Shown here: piece after piece, positions 23,401 to 31,553 of the stretch | How positions within the stretch are numbered: the first letter of the stretch is position 1 | Layout: every line of letters begins with the position of its first letter | Source of the DNA: a virus | Direction: 5' to 3' (one strand) | IMG/VR virus record: IMGVR_UViG_3300012953_000015 | Span: 32,001-96,000 of that record | DNA: 64,000 nt | Made by a program: the position numbers and the translations under genes | The notes under the pieces: model-generated | The model's database searches: none | Told to the model about the DNA's origin: nothing | What the model saw: the letters and a program-made list of their open reading frames with translations, nothing else

Positions 23401-23561
23401 ACGCAGCTAATGTAGAAGCTTGCAATCGGCTTTTAGTTTCGTTAAAGAGGTGGTTCAGACACATATTTATAATATCCCATATCGATGCTGTCAAAGATAC
23501 AGTAGACAATGTTTTAGACATTAGAAAGAAAGGAAAAAATTCTTTAATTGTTTATGAGTGA
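20412..23561 (+). CDS. Fused SbcD/Mre11 nuclease - SbcC/Rad50 ATPase (T4 gp47-gp46-like)
   Basis: Phosphoesterase motifs ADIH, GGDIVH, GNHD, LFHG, LGDIH; Walker A GKNRTGKS; coiled coil; signature ASGME; Walker B IIIDEGFG; H-loop ISH. Confidence 0.9.
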   Translation: MGFRCAHFADIHFRGLTRHEEYKEVFSRIFLELKEKNLDAIYIGGDIVHSKTQGISPELIDVLVWWFKGLAEIAPLHVILGNHDGLILNKDRQDAITPIIEAINSDRIFLYKDSGTYDLEDHGISWCVFSCFDESRWESVKPNPKNINIALFHGPVQGSKVDSDWEIDENEQINVNYFKDFDFAFLGDIHRSQFLDKEKRIAYCGSTIQQNYGEDLEKGYMVWDIESKDIFSTEFISVHNKKSFYTISWEDNIQKTLEKVEITMTGGRFRVRSNKSIPQAEIKQLFNELREVYKATEIVFKWDIEEKNDEKIQIGNTSIEEGDLSNSNTHIKLMNEYTKTFVLNDDERNILEDITKKISSEAVKNVSKKNVKWSIKKLKFNNTFGYGSNNVIDFDKLNGITGIFGKNRTGKSSIPGTIMYGLYNTTDRGSIKNLHIINSRKGFCNVEIDMNINGKPYRVERQSVKHTTKSGITNASTSLNLWKLDVLGQTVEDLSGEQRRETEKDLKNLVGNPDDFLLTSLASQGGMNNFIRNGATVRKAILTKFLDLGVFDKMLNVAKSEFSELRGLMKSAPDRDWSTLIRTRRIELESLTEERKEVEQQTQIIRDEIHGTSLLLATHENSESFTEEEINYQQEKIESLKFKNVKCKEEIKKHLSEVSDIESKLAKISHIKSQFPIQELKEKLNQQREIENSLQSIEHDLDKEKTLLKNQKKCASTLEVVPCGDLYPKCKFIKDSHLAKNKIPEQKNKVDEIKQNFNVIKKNLKSILNESLEDKISKYEEFLKKESEYKLEKSRIIVQLREFETQDTKIANSVSEELKKLSKMKLNASQTTESIEVARLRKHLKNIQDKARFLDAEKLSASEKIGLLQQQLTDFEVEKVKYSELKKKWNAYNAFLQAVDKKGIPLKIMSIKLPQINKEIEKILHGVVEFTVEIQAESSSNSLDVFINYGDSKRIIECASGMEKMLASLAIRVALINVSNLPKSDMIIIDEGFGTLDAANVEACNRLLVSLKRWFRHIFIISHIDAVKDTVDNVLDIRKKGKNSLIVYE

Positions 23562-23835
23562 ATTTATTGATATTTATATAAACGAGAGAAAAAAATCGAC
23601 TCCTCATGCATGTAATATATGTGGTGGAATCTTACAATCTCTAGAAGATACAATTTCTGCTCATACCCATGGGGGTTGCGTAGATTGCTATGTTAGTTTT
23701 TTAGAACCGGGTATTGGATTAAATGGCAAAGATTGGAAGCCAACAAAGAAAGAAATAAAAACCTGGTTAGAAAAGAAAGAATTATATTTTAAGCCAAGAT
23801 ATCGCTTTTTAGGAGGGAAAAATGTTGAAAGATGA
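23554..23835 (+). CDS. Small Zn-finger-like hypothetical protein
   Basis: CNIC...CVDC pair; ATG at 23554 overlaps the end of the upstream gene (ATGAGTGA). Confidence 0.55.
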   Translation: MSEFIDIYINERKKSTPHACNICGGILQSLEDTISAHTHGGCVDCYVSFLEPGIGLNGKDWKPTKKEIKTWLEKKELYFKPRYRFLGGKNVER

Positions 23836-24190
23836 AGATATTAGAGCGCTAGGTCAAATTTTTAACCACACTTTTGGTTATTCAAGCGATTCTATCAAAG
23901 TAACTTCCAGTTTGCATGGAGATTCTTTAATTTTAAAATACGTGACAGTTTTGCAATTTGGAAGTGAGTCCTCAATGCAAGAGCAAATGCCAAGTCACGA
24001 AAAGGAAGCTAATAAAATTATAGATGATGCTTTAGCTAAGATGAAGAAAGAGTTTAAGGAAATGACAGAAAGGTCAATTTCTGTAAAAGAAGAAGATAGA
24101 GACACTAGTGTAGAACTCATAAGCACTTCTCCTTATGCTCCTAGAAAATTAGCTTATTTTAGAATGAATGCTCACTTCAAGGTAAGTTAA
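23822..24190 (+). CDS. Hypothetical protein coupled to terminase
   Basis: AGGAGG SD; stop overlaps terminase start (TAATG). Confidence 0.65.
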   Translation: MLKDEDIRALGQIFNHTFGYSSDSIKVTSSLHGDSLILKYVTVLQFGSESSMQEQMPSHEKEANKIIDDALAKMKKEFKEMTERSISVKEEDRDTSVELISTSPYAPRKLAYFRMNAHFKVS

Positions 24191-25794
24191 TGCCACCGTC
24201 AACCAAACAAAGGCAGGTTAAAGAAATTATCAAGTGCGGGAAAGATCCCGTACATTTCTTTAATAAATACTGTAAAATTCAGCATGCAACTCGAGGAACT
24301 TTATCTTTTAAAACTTATCCTTTTCAAGATGATTGCGTTAAAGAGTTTGTCGATCACAGGTTCAATGTTATCGTAAAAAGCCGTCAACTTGGTTTATCTA
24401 CGTTGGTTGCAGCTTATGCAGTTTGGTTGGCTATTTTCTACAAAGATAAAAATATTTTAGTAATTGCTACAAAACTTGCAGTTGCTCAAAACTTTATTAG
24501 AAAAGTAAAATTTGCGATAAGATCACTCCCGCCATGGCTATTGATGCCAGAGATAATTTCTAACAATAAACAATCTTTAGAATTTTCCAATGGGTCTATC
24601 ATAAAAGCTGTACCAACTTCGGAAGATGCAGGTCGTTCAGAAGCACTTTCTCTATTGATAGTAGACGAGGCAGCTTTCGTTAGAAACTTTGATGATCTAT
24701 GGATGGGTTTATATCCAACTCTATCAACTGGTGGTCGTGCAATAGTCCTTTCAACCCCGAATGGGGTTGGTGGTCAGTATTATGATATATACACTCAGGC
24801 AGAAAATGGCGATAATGACTTTAATGCAATAAAGCTGCCCTGGGATGTCCACCCTGAACGCGATGAAGATTGGTTTGATAAAGAAACCAAAAATATGACA
24901 AAGAGACAAATAGCTCAAGAGCTGTTATGTGACTTTCAAGCCTCAGGCGAAACTTTTCTAACTCAAAGAGAATTAGAAAAATTAATGATGTCTATAAGAA
25001 ACCCGATTGAACGATGGGGTCCGGGAAACAATGTTTGGGTTTGGAAGTATTCACAACCTGAAAATCGTTACGTTATAAGTGCGGATGTATCTAGGGGAGA
25101 TAGTAGCGATTTTTCTACTTTCCATGTTATCGATACTAACGAATCTGAAGTAGTTTGCGAATTTAGAGGAAAAGTGCCTCCAGATCAATTCGCTATTGTT
25201 TTAATGGAGGCTTCTAAGAGATATAACAAAGCAGTTATATGCCCAGAAAGTAATACTTACGGTTACGCTGTTTTAATGAAATTAAAAGAGCTTAAGTGCC
25301 AAGAAATATACTTTGAGAAAGAAAAAGATAGGATTTCTGCTTTGTATGGAGATGGTTCTATAGGCAAAGCTGGGTTTTCAACTCAAGGCCCTTCTAGATC
25401 TAAAATATTGACTAAATTGGAAGAAGTTGTAAGGAACGGCCAAATTAATGTGTATTCTTCAAGATTATACGAAGAGATGAAAACTTTTGTTTGGAAAGGT
25501 TCAAAGCCTCAAGCGATGAGAGGAAAACATGATGATTTAGTAATGTCTTTAGCTATAGGCCTTTGGTTATATGACACCTCTAATTTTCATTCAAAATCTT
25601 CTTCTGACTTAAACAAAGCGATGCTAGCTGGTTTTGGAACTAGCTCTAATTCATTCCAAGGATCAGTAGGTTCTTCTTTTGGGGCGGCTGAATATTTGAA
25701 AAGCGTAATAGATTCTAATAGGATTATTCCTTATGACGCTGTAGCTAACCATTTTTCTGGAAGTATTGATCCAGAATTTAAGTGGTTAATTTGA
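24190..25794 (+). CDS. terL: Terminase large subunit (T4 gp17-like)
   Basis: YPFQ adenine motif, KSRQLGLST Walker A, IVDEAAF Walker B, STPNG motif III, nuclease ADVSRG and HDDLVMS. Confidence 0.95.
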   Translation: MPPSTKQRQVKEIIKCGKDPVHFFNKYCKIQHATRGTLSFKTYPFQDDCVKEFVDHRFNVIVKSRQLGLSTLVAAYAVWLAIFYKDKNILVIATKLAVAQNFIRKVKFAIRSLPPWLLMPEIISNNKQSLEFSNGSIIKAVPTSEDAGRSEALSLLIVDEAAFVRNFDDLWMGLYPTLSTGGRAIVLSTPNGVGGQYYDIYTQAENGDNDFNAIKLPWDVHPERDEDWFDKETKNMTKRQIAQELLCDFQASGETFLTQRELEKLMMSIRNPIERWGPGNNVWVWKYSQPENRYVISADVSRGDSSDFSTFHVIDTNESEVVCEFRGKVPPDQFAIVLMEASKRYNKAVICPESNTYGYAVLMKLKELKCQEIYFEKEKDRISALYGDGSIGKAGFSTQGPSRSKILTKLEEVVRNGQINVYSSRLYEEMKTFVWKGSKPQAMRGKHDDLVMSLAIGLWLYDTSNFHSKSSSDLNKAMLAGFGTSSNSFQGSVGSSFGAAEYLKSVIDSNRIIPYDAVANHFSGSIDPEFKWLI

Positions 25795-25839
25795 TTTTAA
25801 TATATAATATAATGCGATATTATATTTCGAGTAGGTAAA

Positions 25840-27810
25840 ATGGCAGATAAAGATAAAAATTTATTCAAAAGGTTAACTAGACTTTTTCGTACAGGTCCAG
25901 TTGTTAAGAGGAAAGTTACTAACGACCGCGGAGTACACAAAAAATCTACAGCTGCTGAGCTTTTTAAAACAGCCCACAGCGATATCTATAATTCTACTTT
26001 AAGTGCTTATGGTGCTTTTGATAGAATGGCCAGGTATAGTGACTTTAGTGAAATGGAAGCGACACCAGAATTAGCTTCGGCTTTAGATATATACTCAGAA
26101 GAAACAGTTTCTCCCGATGAACATGGGAGAGTTCTTCATATATATTCAGATGATCAGCAAAAACAAGAGCTTCTTAATAATTTATTTCATGATGTTTTAA
26201 ATGTAGAATTTAACCTTGTTATGTGGGTAAGAAATCTAGTGAAATACGGAGATTTTTTCCTTTTTAATGATATTCATCCTGATTACGGCATTATTAATGC
26301 TTATCCAATTCCAATTACTGAAATTGAGAGAGAAGAAGGATTTGATCCTGACAATCCATCAGCTATAAGGTTTAGGTGGATTACAAAAGGCAATACTATT
26401 CTAGAGAATTGGCAAATATCTCATTTTAGACTACTAGGAAATGATGCTTTCTTACCATACGGTACTTCTGTTCTAGAATCTGCTCGTCGCATTTGGCGTC
26501 AACTAATCTTAATTGAAGATGCAATGCTAGTCTACAGGATTATTCGCGCACCCGAGAGACGAGTTTTCTACATTGACGTTGGTAATGTACCTCCCGAAGA
26601 TGTCTCAAATTACGTAGAGCAAGCTAAGTCTGCTTTAAAGAAAAGCATTGTCACTAGCGAAAAAACAGGTCGCCAAGATCTAAGGTATAATCCGATGGCC
26701 GTTGATGAAGATTATTACATCCCCGTCCGTGGAGGCGATAGCGGAACTAGGATAGATACTCTTGCTGGTGGAACTAACGCAACAGCTATAGAAGACGTTG
26801 AATATATTCAAAAGAAACTCTTCGCTGCTTTGAAGATTCCTAAAGCTTATTTGGGATATGATGAAGATATCGGTTCAAAAGCAACTTTAGCGCAAGAAGA
26901 TATTAGATTCAGTAGAACTATCCAAAGAATTCAGAAAACCGTAATATCTGAACTTAACAAATTAGCCATGATTCATTTGTATTCGCATGGGTATGATGTA
27001 GAAGATTTAGTAGATTTTGATCTTAGATTATCTAACCCATCATCTGTAGCCCAATTACAAAAACTAGAATTAATCAGCACTAGGTTTGATATTGCTGGTA
27101 AAGTTCCCGAAGGTATGCTGGACAAAACTTGGGTTAGAAAGAATGTTCTAGGGTTAACAGACTCTGATATTGAAGGAGTTCTAGAAGGGCTCAAGAAAGA
27201 TAAAGAAGATGATGCTGAGTTAGAGGCTGCCGGTGCAGAAGGCGGCGCCGGCGGTGATGATGATGCTGGAGGCGGAGACGACGAAGGCGGAGGCGGTTTA
27301 TTTGATGCTGATAATATAGAGAGTTCTCCTCTAATGGTTGATACTCCAATCGCCGCAGTTTCAGCATTTTCAGAATCTGATGAATCTGACACAGACGAAT
27401 CTGATTTATCTGAAGATGAAGATCTGATATTGTCTTTAGATGATGAAGATGCTCCAATAAAAGCACAGTCAAAAATGAAAAGCATTTGGGGTCAAGAGAT
27501 AAAATCACCGAAAAGTAAGAAAACTGCTGCTTCATCCGATATGCCTAACTTTGGAAATATGGTGATGAATAAGCGTAGCCAAGATTCTATGAGAAAACCC
27601 TACGGATCTCAAAAAATGAATTCTTTTGAAGCATTCGAAAAAGCAATAGATAAAAAAATCGATGCTTATGAAAATAAACCTGCTATGACTGGTGATATTT
27701 TAAACATTTTAAGAAATATCGATAATTCTAGATTACTTAATAATAAAAAGTCTATTTTGAGCGAGTTAAGAGACTCAAGTGAGCCGAACAAAGAAGACGG
27801 CTCGAGTTAA
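25840..27810 (+). CDS. Portal protein (T4 gp20-like)
   Basis: LIEDAMLVYRIIRAPERRVFYIDVGN, EDYYIP, IDTLAGG, LFAALKIP, EDIRF; acidic C-terminal tail. Confidence 0.95.
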   Translation: MADKDKNLFKRLTRLFRTGPVVKRKVTNDRGVHKKSTAAELFKTAHSDIYNSTLSAYGAFDRMARYSDFSEMEATPELASALDIYSEETVSPDEHGRVLHIYSDDQQKQELLNNLFHDVLNVEFNLVMWVRNLVKYGDFFLFNDIHPDYGIINAYPIPITEIEREEGFDPDNPSAIRFRWITKGNTILENWQISHFRLLGNDAFLPYGTSVLESARRIWRQLILIEDAMLVYRIIRAPERRVFYIDVGNVPPEDVSNYVEQAKSALKKSIVTSEKTGRQDLRYNPMAVDEDYYIPVRGGDSGTRIDTLAGGTNATAIEDVEYIQKKLFAALKIPKAYLGYDEDIGSKATLAQEDIRFSRTIQRIQKTVISELNKLAMIHLYSHGYDVEDLVDFDLRLSNPSSVAQLQKLELISTRFDIAGKVPEGMLDKTWVRKNVLGLTDSDIEGVLEGLKKDKEDDAELEAAGAEGGAGGDDDAGGGDDEGGGGLFDADNIESSPLMVDTPIAAVSAFSESDESDTDESDLSEDEDLILSLDDEDAPIKAQSKMKSIWGQEIKSPKSKKTAASSDMPNFGNMVMNKRSQDSMRKPYGSQKMNSFEAFEKAIDKKIDAYENKPAMTGDILNILRNIDNSRLLNNKKSILSELRDSSEPNKEDGSS

Positions 27811-27829
27811 ATTTGACGAAGGAAGATAA

Positions 27830-28663
27830 ATGAATAAAAGCCATAATAAGAAGAGAAACGTTGGAATAATCTTTGAGCAATTAGTGAGATATGCTAGTAA
27901 AGCAATAGTTGAAAATAACGAAGATGTTGCAAATAAAGTTCTTAAGATTACAAATAAGTTTTTTAGAGAAGGAACCGAATTATATAAAGAGTATAGACTT
28001 TTTAATGCTCTTTACAATACAACACTTCCTTCAGAAAGCTTAGCAACTAGAATAATTTCTGAAGCTAAAAACGCTGCTAGAAATTTTGATCAAAAAAAGT
28101 TGTACAAAGAAAAATCTTCTTTGATTCACGAAATAAATTACTCTTTTGACGATCCGAGTTTTTACAACCAAAGAGTTACTAGCTACAAATCACTAGCAAC
28201 AATTCAGAGGTTATTAAATAGTTGGAGATCAGATGGCATAGATGTAGACAGTCAAGCTATTTATGAATCTAAACTTCACAATTGGTTAATGTCTGAAAAG
28301 AAAACTGTTAATTTGCAAGAGATGAAAACGCAAGACGTTGATAATCTTGCCGTTGGTATTATGACAAGAAAATTCAATGAATATTTTGGAGATAACCTTT
28401 TACCAGAGCAATCTACTTTATTGAAAGAATATATTTTCTCTATAGGTAAAGAAGAAAAGATAACTGAAATTTTTGCAAAAAGAAAAGAAACTTGCCTCGA
28501 TGAACTATCGAATTATAATGTTTCTTGTGAAAGTGGCATAGTCAAAGAAAAGATTGCTTTAGTAGAAGAAAAAATTAGAGATTTACCAACCTCTGACATA
28601 AACGATGATGTTGTTTCTAGATATTTAACTTTAATGAAACTAAGCAATGAGCTAAGGAGTTAA
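27830..28663 (+). CDS. Head morphogenesis-cluster hypothetical protein
   Basis: Helical 277-aa ORF between portal and protease; N-terminal HNKKRNVG. Confidence 0.6.
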   Translation: MNKSHNKKRNVGIIFEQLVRYASKAIVENNEDVANKVLKITNKFFREGTELYKEYRLFNALYNTTLPSESLATRIISEAKNAARNFDQKKLYKEKSSLIHEINYSFDDPSFYNQRVTSYKSLATIQRLLNSWRSDGIDVDSQAIYESKLHNWLMSEKKTVNLQEMKTQDVDNLAVGIMTRKFNEYFGDNLLPEQSTLLKEYIFSIGKEEKITEIFAKRKETCLDELSNYNVSCESGIVKEKIALVEEKIRDLPTSDINDDVVSRYLTLMKLSNELRS

Positions 28664-28664
28664 T

Positions 28665-29273
28665 ATGAGCAGGAAACTATTAACAAACTGGTCACAGTTT
28701 GAATATTCAAAGGAAATGGTAAATGAGTCTCGCCTAGAGAATGATGGTAAGGTGTTATTAAAGGGAATACTTCAAAAAGCAGGTACTTTGAACCAGAATG
28801 GGAGAATCTACCCTAAACCTATATTAGACAGAGAGGTTAGAAATTACCAAAAGTTTATTCAAGAAAACAGAGCTTTAGGAGAATGCGACCATCCGGATAG
28901 TTCTGTCGTTGAACTTAAGAACGCTTCTCATATTATTAGAGAAGCTCATATGGAGGGTGATGTCTGTTACGGAACGGTTGAACTGTTAGATACTCCAGCG
29001 GGTAAAATACTGCAAAGTCTAGTAGAATCAGGCGTAACGTTAGGTATTTCTAGTCGTGGAGTAGGATCAACAAAGAAAAAAGGAGAGCATCAAATTGTTC
29101 AAGATGATTTCCAATTGATATGTTGGGATTTTGTCTCTGAACCTTCTACACCAGGAGCTTTTATGATGAATGAAGGAAAAGATATACAAGAATCAGAAAT
29201 TAATTCATTCTTTAACAAATCTGATCGTATTGATAGAGTTTTTAACGATATCTTGTCCTGGGAGGAAGAATAA
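28665..29273 (+). CDS. Prohead core protease (T4 gp21-like)
   Basis: NQNGRIYP, GECDHP, GISSRGVGS and DFVSEPS motifs. Confidence 0.95.
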   Translation: MSRKLLTNWSQFEYSKEMVNESRLENDGKVLLKGILQKAGTLNQNGRIYPKPILDREVRNYQKFIQENRALGECDHPDSSVVELKNASHIIREAHMEGDVCYGTVELLDTPAGKILQSLVESGVTLGISSRGVGSTKKKGEHQIVQDDFQLICWDFVSEPSTPGAFMMNEGKDIQESEINSFFNKSDRIDRVFNDILSWEEE

Positions 29274-29710
29274 TGCCATTAGATAACCCAAGGTCCGGCG
29301 GCCCAAATCACGTCGCAGAATATCAACTTAGTAGTATTCCTTATGCATTAAATGGTGCTGTTAGTGCAATTGATAACGGTACAACTCTGACGGTAGCTAA
29401 CGATGCCGAGCAGAATCAAACAATTTATGTTGTAGAATTTCCAAGAGTTACTAGATGGATATATATCAGGGCAGCAGGCGCTGCAAAAATTTATTTTTCT
29501 TCTAAGACTGCAGCTAATAAAACTCGTGGACTTTCTTTAGCAGCAAACGAAACCACACCACGGCTTGAGATGAGAGTAAAAAAACTCTACATTCACAACG
29601 ATGATAATGCGGTTGTCCTTAATATCGTGGCTGGTTTAACGACGGTTGACGCTATTGAGTTTGAGGGTCACGTTGAACATTTTATCGATAATAATAATAA
29701 GGTTGGATAA
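29273..29710 (+). CDS. Hypothetical virion protein
   Basis: Start overlaps protease stop (TAATG); beta-rich 145 aa; head cluster. Confidence 0.55.
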   Translation: MPLDNPRSGGPNHVAEYQLSSIPYALNGAVSAIDNGTTLTVANDAEQNQTIYVVEFPRVTRWIYIRAAGAAKIYFSSKTAANKTRGLSLAANETTPRLEMRVKKLYIHNDDNAVVLNIVAGLTTVDAIEFEGHVEHFIDNNNKVG

Positions 29711-29715
29711 CGCCA

Positions 29716-30117
29716 ATGGCTAAAGTGAGTAGAGCAGTTTTGAAGAATCTAGTTAAAGAGTGTCTTGTTGAGATTCTTAGTGAAGGACTAGTCGGGGCTA
29801 GTGAACAGATTCAAGAATCAAAAAGAGTGGCTGCTAAAAAGAAGCCACCGCAAAGAAAAAGAAAGACAGTCAAGAAAGATATTATCCCTGAAACTGTTAG
29901 GGGAGTCACCGATGATCCTTTAATGCAGAGCATTTTTGCTGACACTGCAAGAACAACTTTGCAAGAACAAACCCAAGCTGATCGAAGAAAAGCTCCAATG
30001 GATGCTCAAGCTCGAATGGCAGATGCCGCTGATCCTAACGATGTCTTTAGTGAAGCGGCTCAGAATTGGGAAGCTTTAGCATTTTCTGAAAAGAAACTGC
30101 CCGGGCAGCATAAATAA
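29716..30117 (+). CDS. Hypothetical internal head/prohead core protein
   Basis: N-terminal LKNLVKECLVEILSE amphipathic helix; head cluster. Confidence 0.5.
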   Translation: MAKVSRAVLKNLVKECLVEILSEGLVGASEQIQESKRVAAKKKPPQRKRKTVKKDIIPETVRGVTDDPLMQSIFADTARTTLQEQTQADRRKAPMDAQARMADAADPNDVFSEAAQNWEALAFSEKKLPGQHK

Positions 30118-30146
30118 TAATATAAGCTATTTTATGGAGTCACGTC

Positions 30147-30422
30147 ATGAGAAAGTCACGTAAATCAATTAAGTTAACACCAGGAATTATCCGAAAGATT
30201 ATTGCTGAAGAAAAAGCAAAACTTGAAGAAACCTTAGAGCAAGGAAAAGAAGATTCAGAAAAAGTTGATGCTGAAGAGGTAGAAGCAGGTGAATATGCTG
30301 GTTCTTTAGAGAAAGATTTAGATCACCTAAAAGCCTTGAAAATATCTGAAGCTAAGATGATGAAAACTCTTCTAAAAATTCGTGGTAAGAAAAAGAACTT
30401 AATTAAGAAACTTTCAAAGTAA
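30147..30422 (+). CDS. Small charged prohead core-like protein
   Basis: IIRKIIAEE helix; K/E-rich; GGAG SD. Confidence 0.5.
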   Translation: MRKSRKSIKLTPGIIRKIIAEEKAKLEETLEQGKEDSEKVDAEEVEAGEYAGSLEKDLDHLKALKISEAKMMKTLLKIRGKKKNLIKKLSK

Positions 30423-30441
30423 TATATTAAGGAGCAATTAA

Positions 30442-30915
30442 ATGCCTACACATAAACAGGGCGTAGTCCAAACTCGCGGAGAGCCAAGCGCTCGTTCTCT
30501 TGGAAAAAGAGACGATACAACTTTAAGGGAAGCTTTTTCCGGAAACCCTTTACTTGAACTTACTGATGACAGCGTCAGAGCTCATTTTGAAGAGCTTTGC
30601 TTGAATGGTTCAGTAAACGATGCTGGTCATACATTTGGTACTTTCAATAGAGATTATCCGGATGCACCTGATTTAAACGAAGTTGAGACCGGTGCTGCAG
30701 GTTTGCCGGCTAGTCCGTATGTACCTAACCCAGTATCTCCGGGAGAAGGTTCGGTCGATCCAAGTGACTTAGGAAATCCACCTGATAACTTCGGTAAGAC
30801 TCCTTCATCAACTCCATTTGTAGGGGTTGGAGCATTGGAGAATCCAAAAGCTAACTCTGAGAGGCAAGCACGCCATACCTTAGGTGATTATAAACTCGGC
30901 CAATCTAATAGTTGA
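30442..30915 (+). CDS. Hypothetical head-cluster protein (Pro/Gly-rich)
   Basis: AAGGAG SD; 157-aa ORF. Confidence 0.6.
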   Translation: MPTHKQGVVQTRGEPSARSLGKRDDTTLREAFSGNPLLELTDDSVRAHFEELCLNGSVNDAGHTFGTFNRDYPDAPDLNEVETGAAGLPASPYVPNPVSPGEGSVDPSDLGNPPDNFGKTPSSTPFVGVGALENPKANSERQARHTLGDYKLGQSNS

Positions 30916-30921
30916 ACATAA

Positions 30922-31470
30922 ATGACCGGTCCAGTATCAATACGTAACCAGCCTCCGGGCGCAGTTCCAAATTCTAGAGCTGGACTTGGTTATGGTCAAC
31001 TTGAACCTAGACATCATCTTTCTCGTCAAAGTCAAGGATCTTATCCATACGATGATGATGACGAGCACGATGATGTTGATATATCGGATATAGATATAGA
31101 AACTCAAAAAAAATTAAGAAAAGTTATAAATGGATATCTTGCTAACGATTTTCTTGATGTCAAAGGCACCGATCCGTTTTATTATGCAGCTGGAAACACT
31201 AAGCTTGGAGAAGCAGTTGGTTCTTCTATTAGTCCTATGCCAGGGATGTACAAGAAAAGAATTCAAGTTGGTGGAGGAGCAAATGCTCCAAAAGCAATTA
31301 CACCTGGCAGTTTACAGCAGACAGGCAGTACGATAGGATATAGCCATCCGCATAAAGATATCAATCAAGATATAAATGTGTTACAGCTAGATTCAGAAAA
31401 TGAACTAGATGAGCTCCCAATTATGAGGGTGCGGATGTTGATAAGAAAGATTTTAGAAAAAGAAAGTTAA
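30922..31470 (+). CDS. Hypothetical head-cluster protein
   Basis: 182-aa ORF in operon; C-terminal VRMLIRKILE helix. Confidence 0.55.
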   Translation: MTGPVSIRNQPPGAVPNSRAGLGYGQLEPRHHLSRQSQGSYPYDDDDEHDDVDISDIDIETQKKLRKVINGYLANDFLDVKGTDPFYYAAGNTKLGEAVGSSISPMPGMYKKRIQVGGGANAPKAITPGSLQQTGSTIGYSHPHKDINQDINVLQLDSENELDELPIMRVRMLIRKILEKES

Positions 31471-31520
31471 TTTTTTTAAATAAAATAATTGAGAAATGGT
31501 AAGTTTTGTTTTTTTAGATG

Positions 31521-31527
31521 ATATTTA
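31521..31527 (+). promoter_or_regulatory. Putative late promoter motif ATAWTTA
   Basis: ATATTTA starting 33 nt before the scaffold ATG. Confidence 0.5.
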
Positions 31528-31553
31528 CCATTTAGTAGAACATAGGCGGTATT

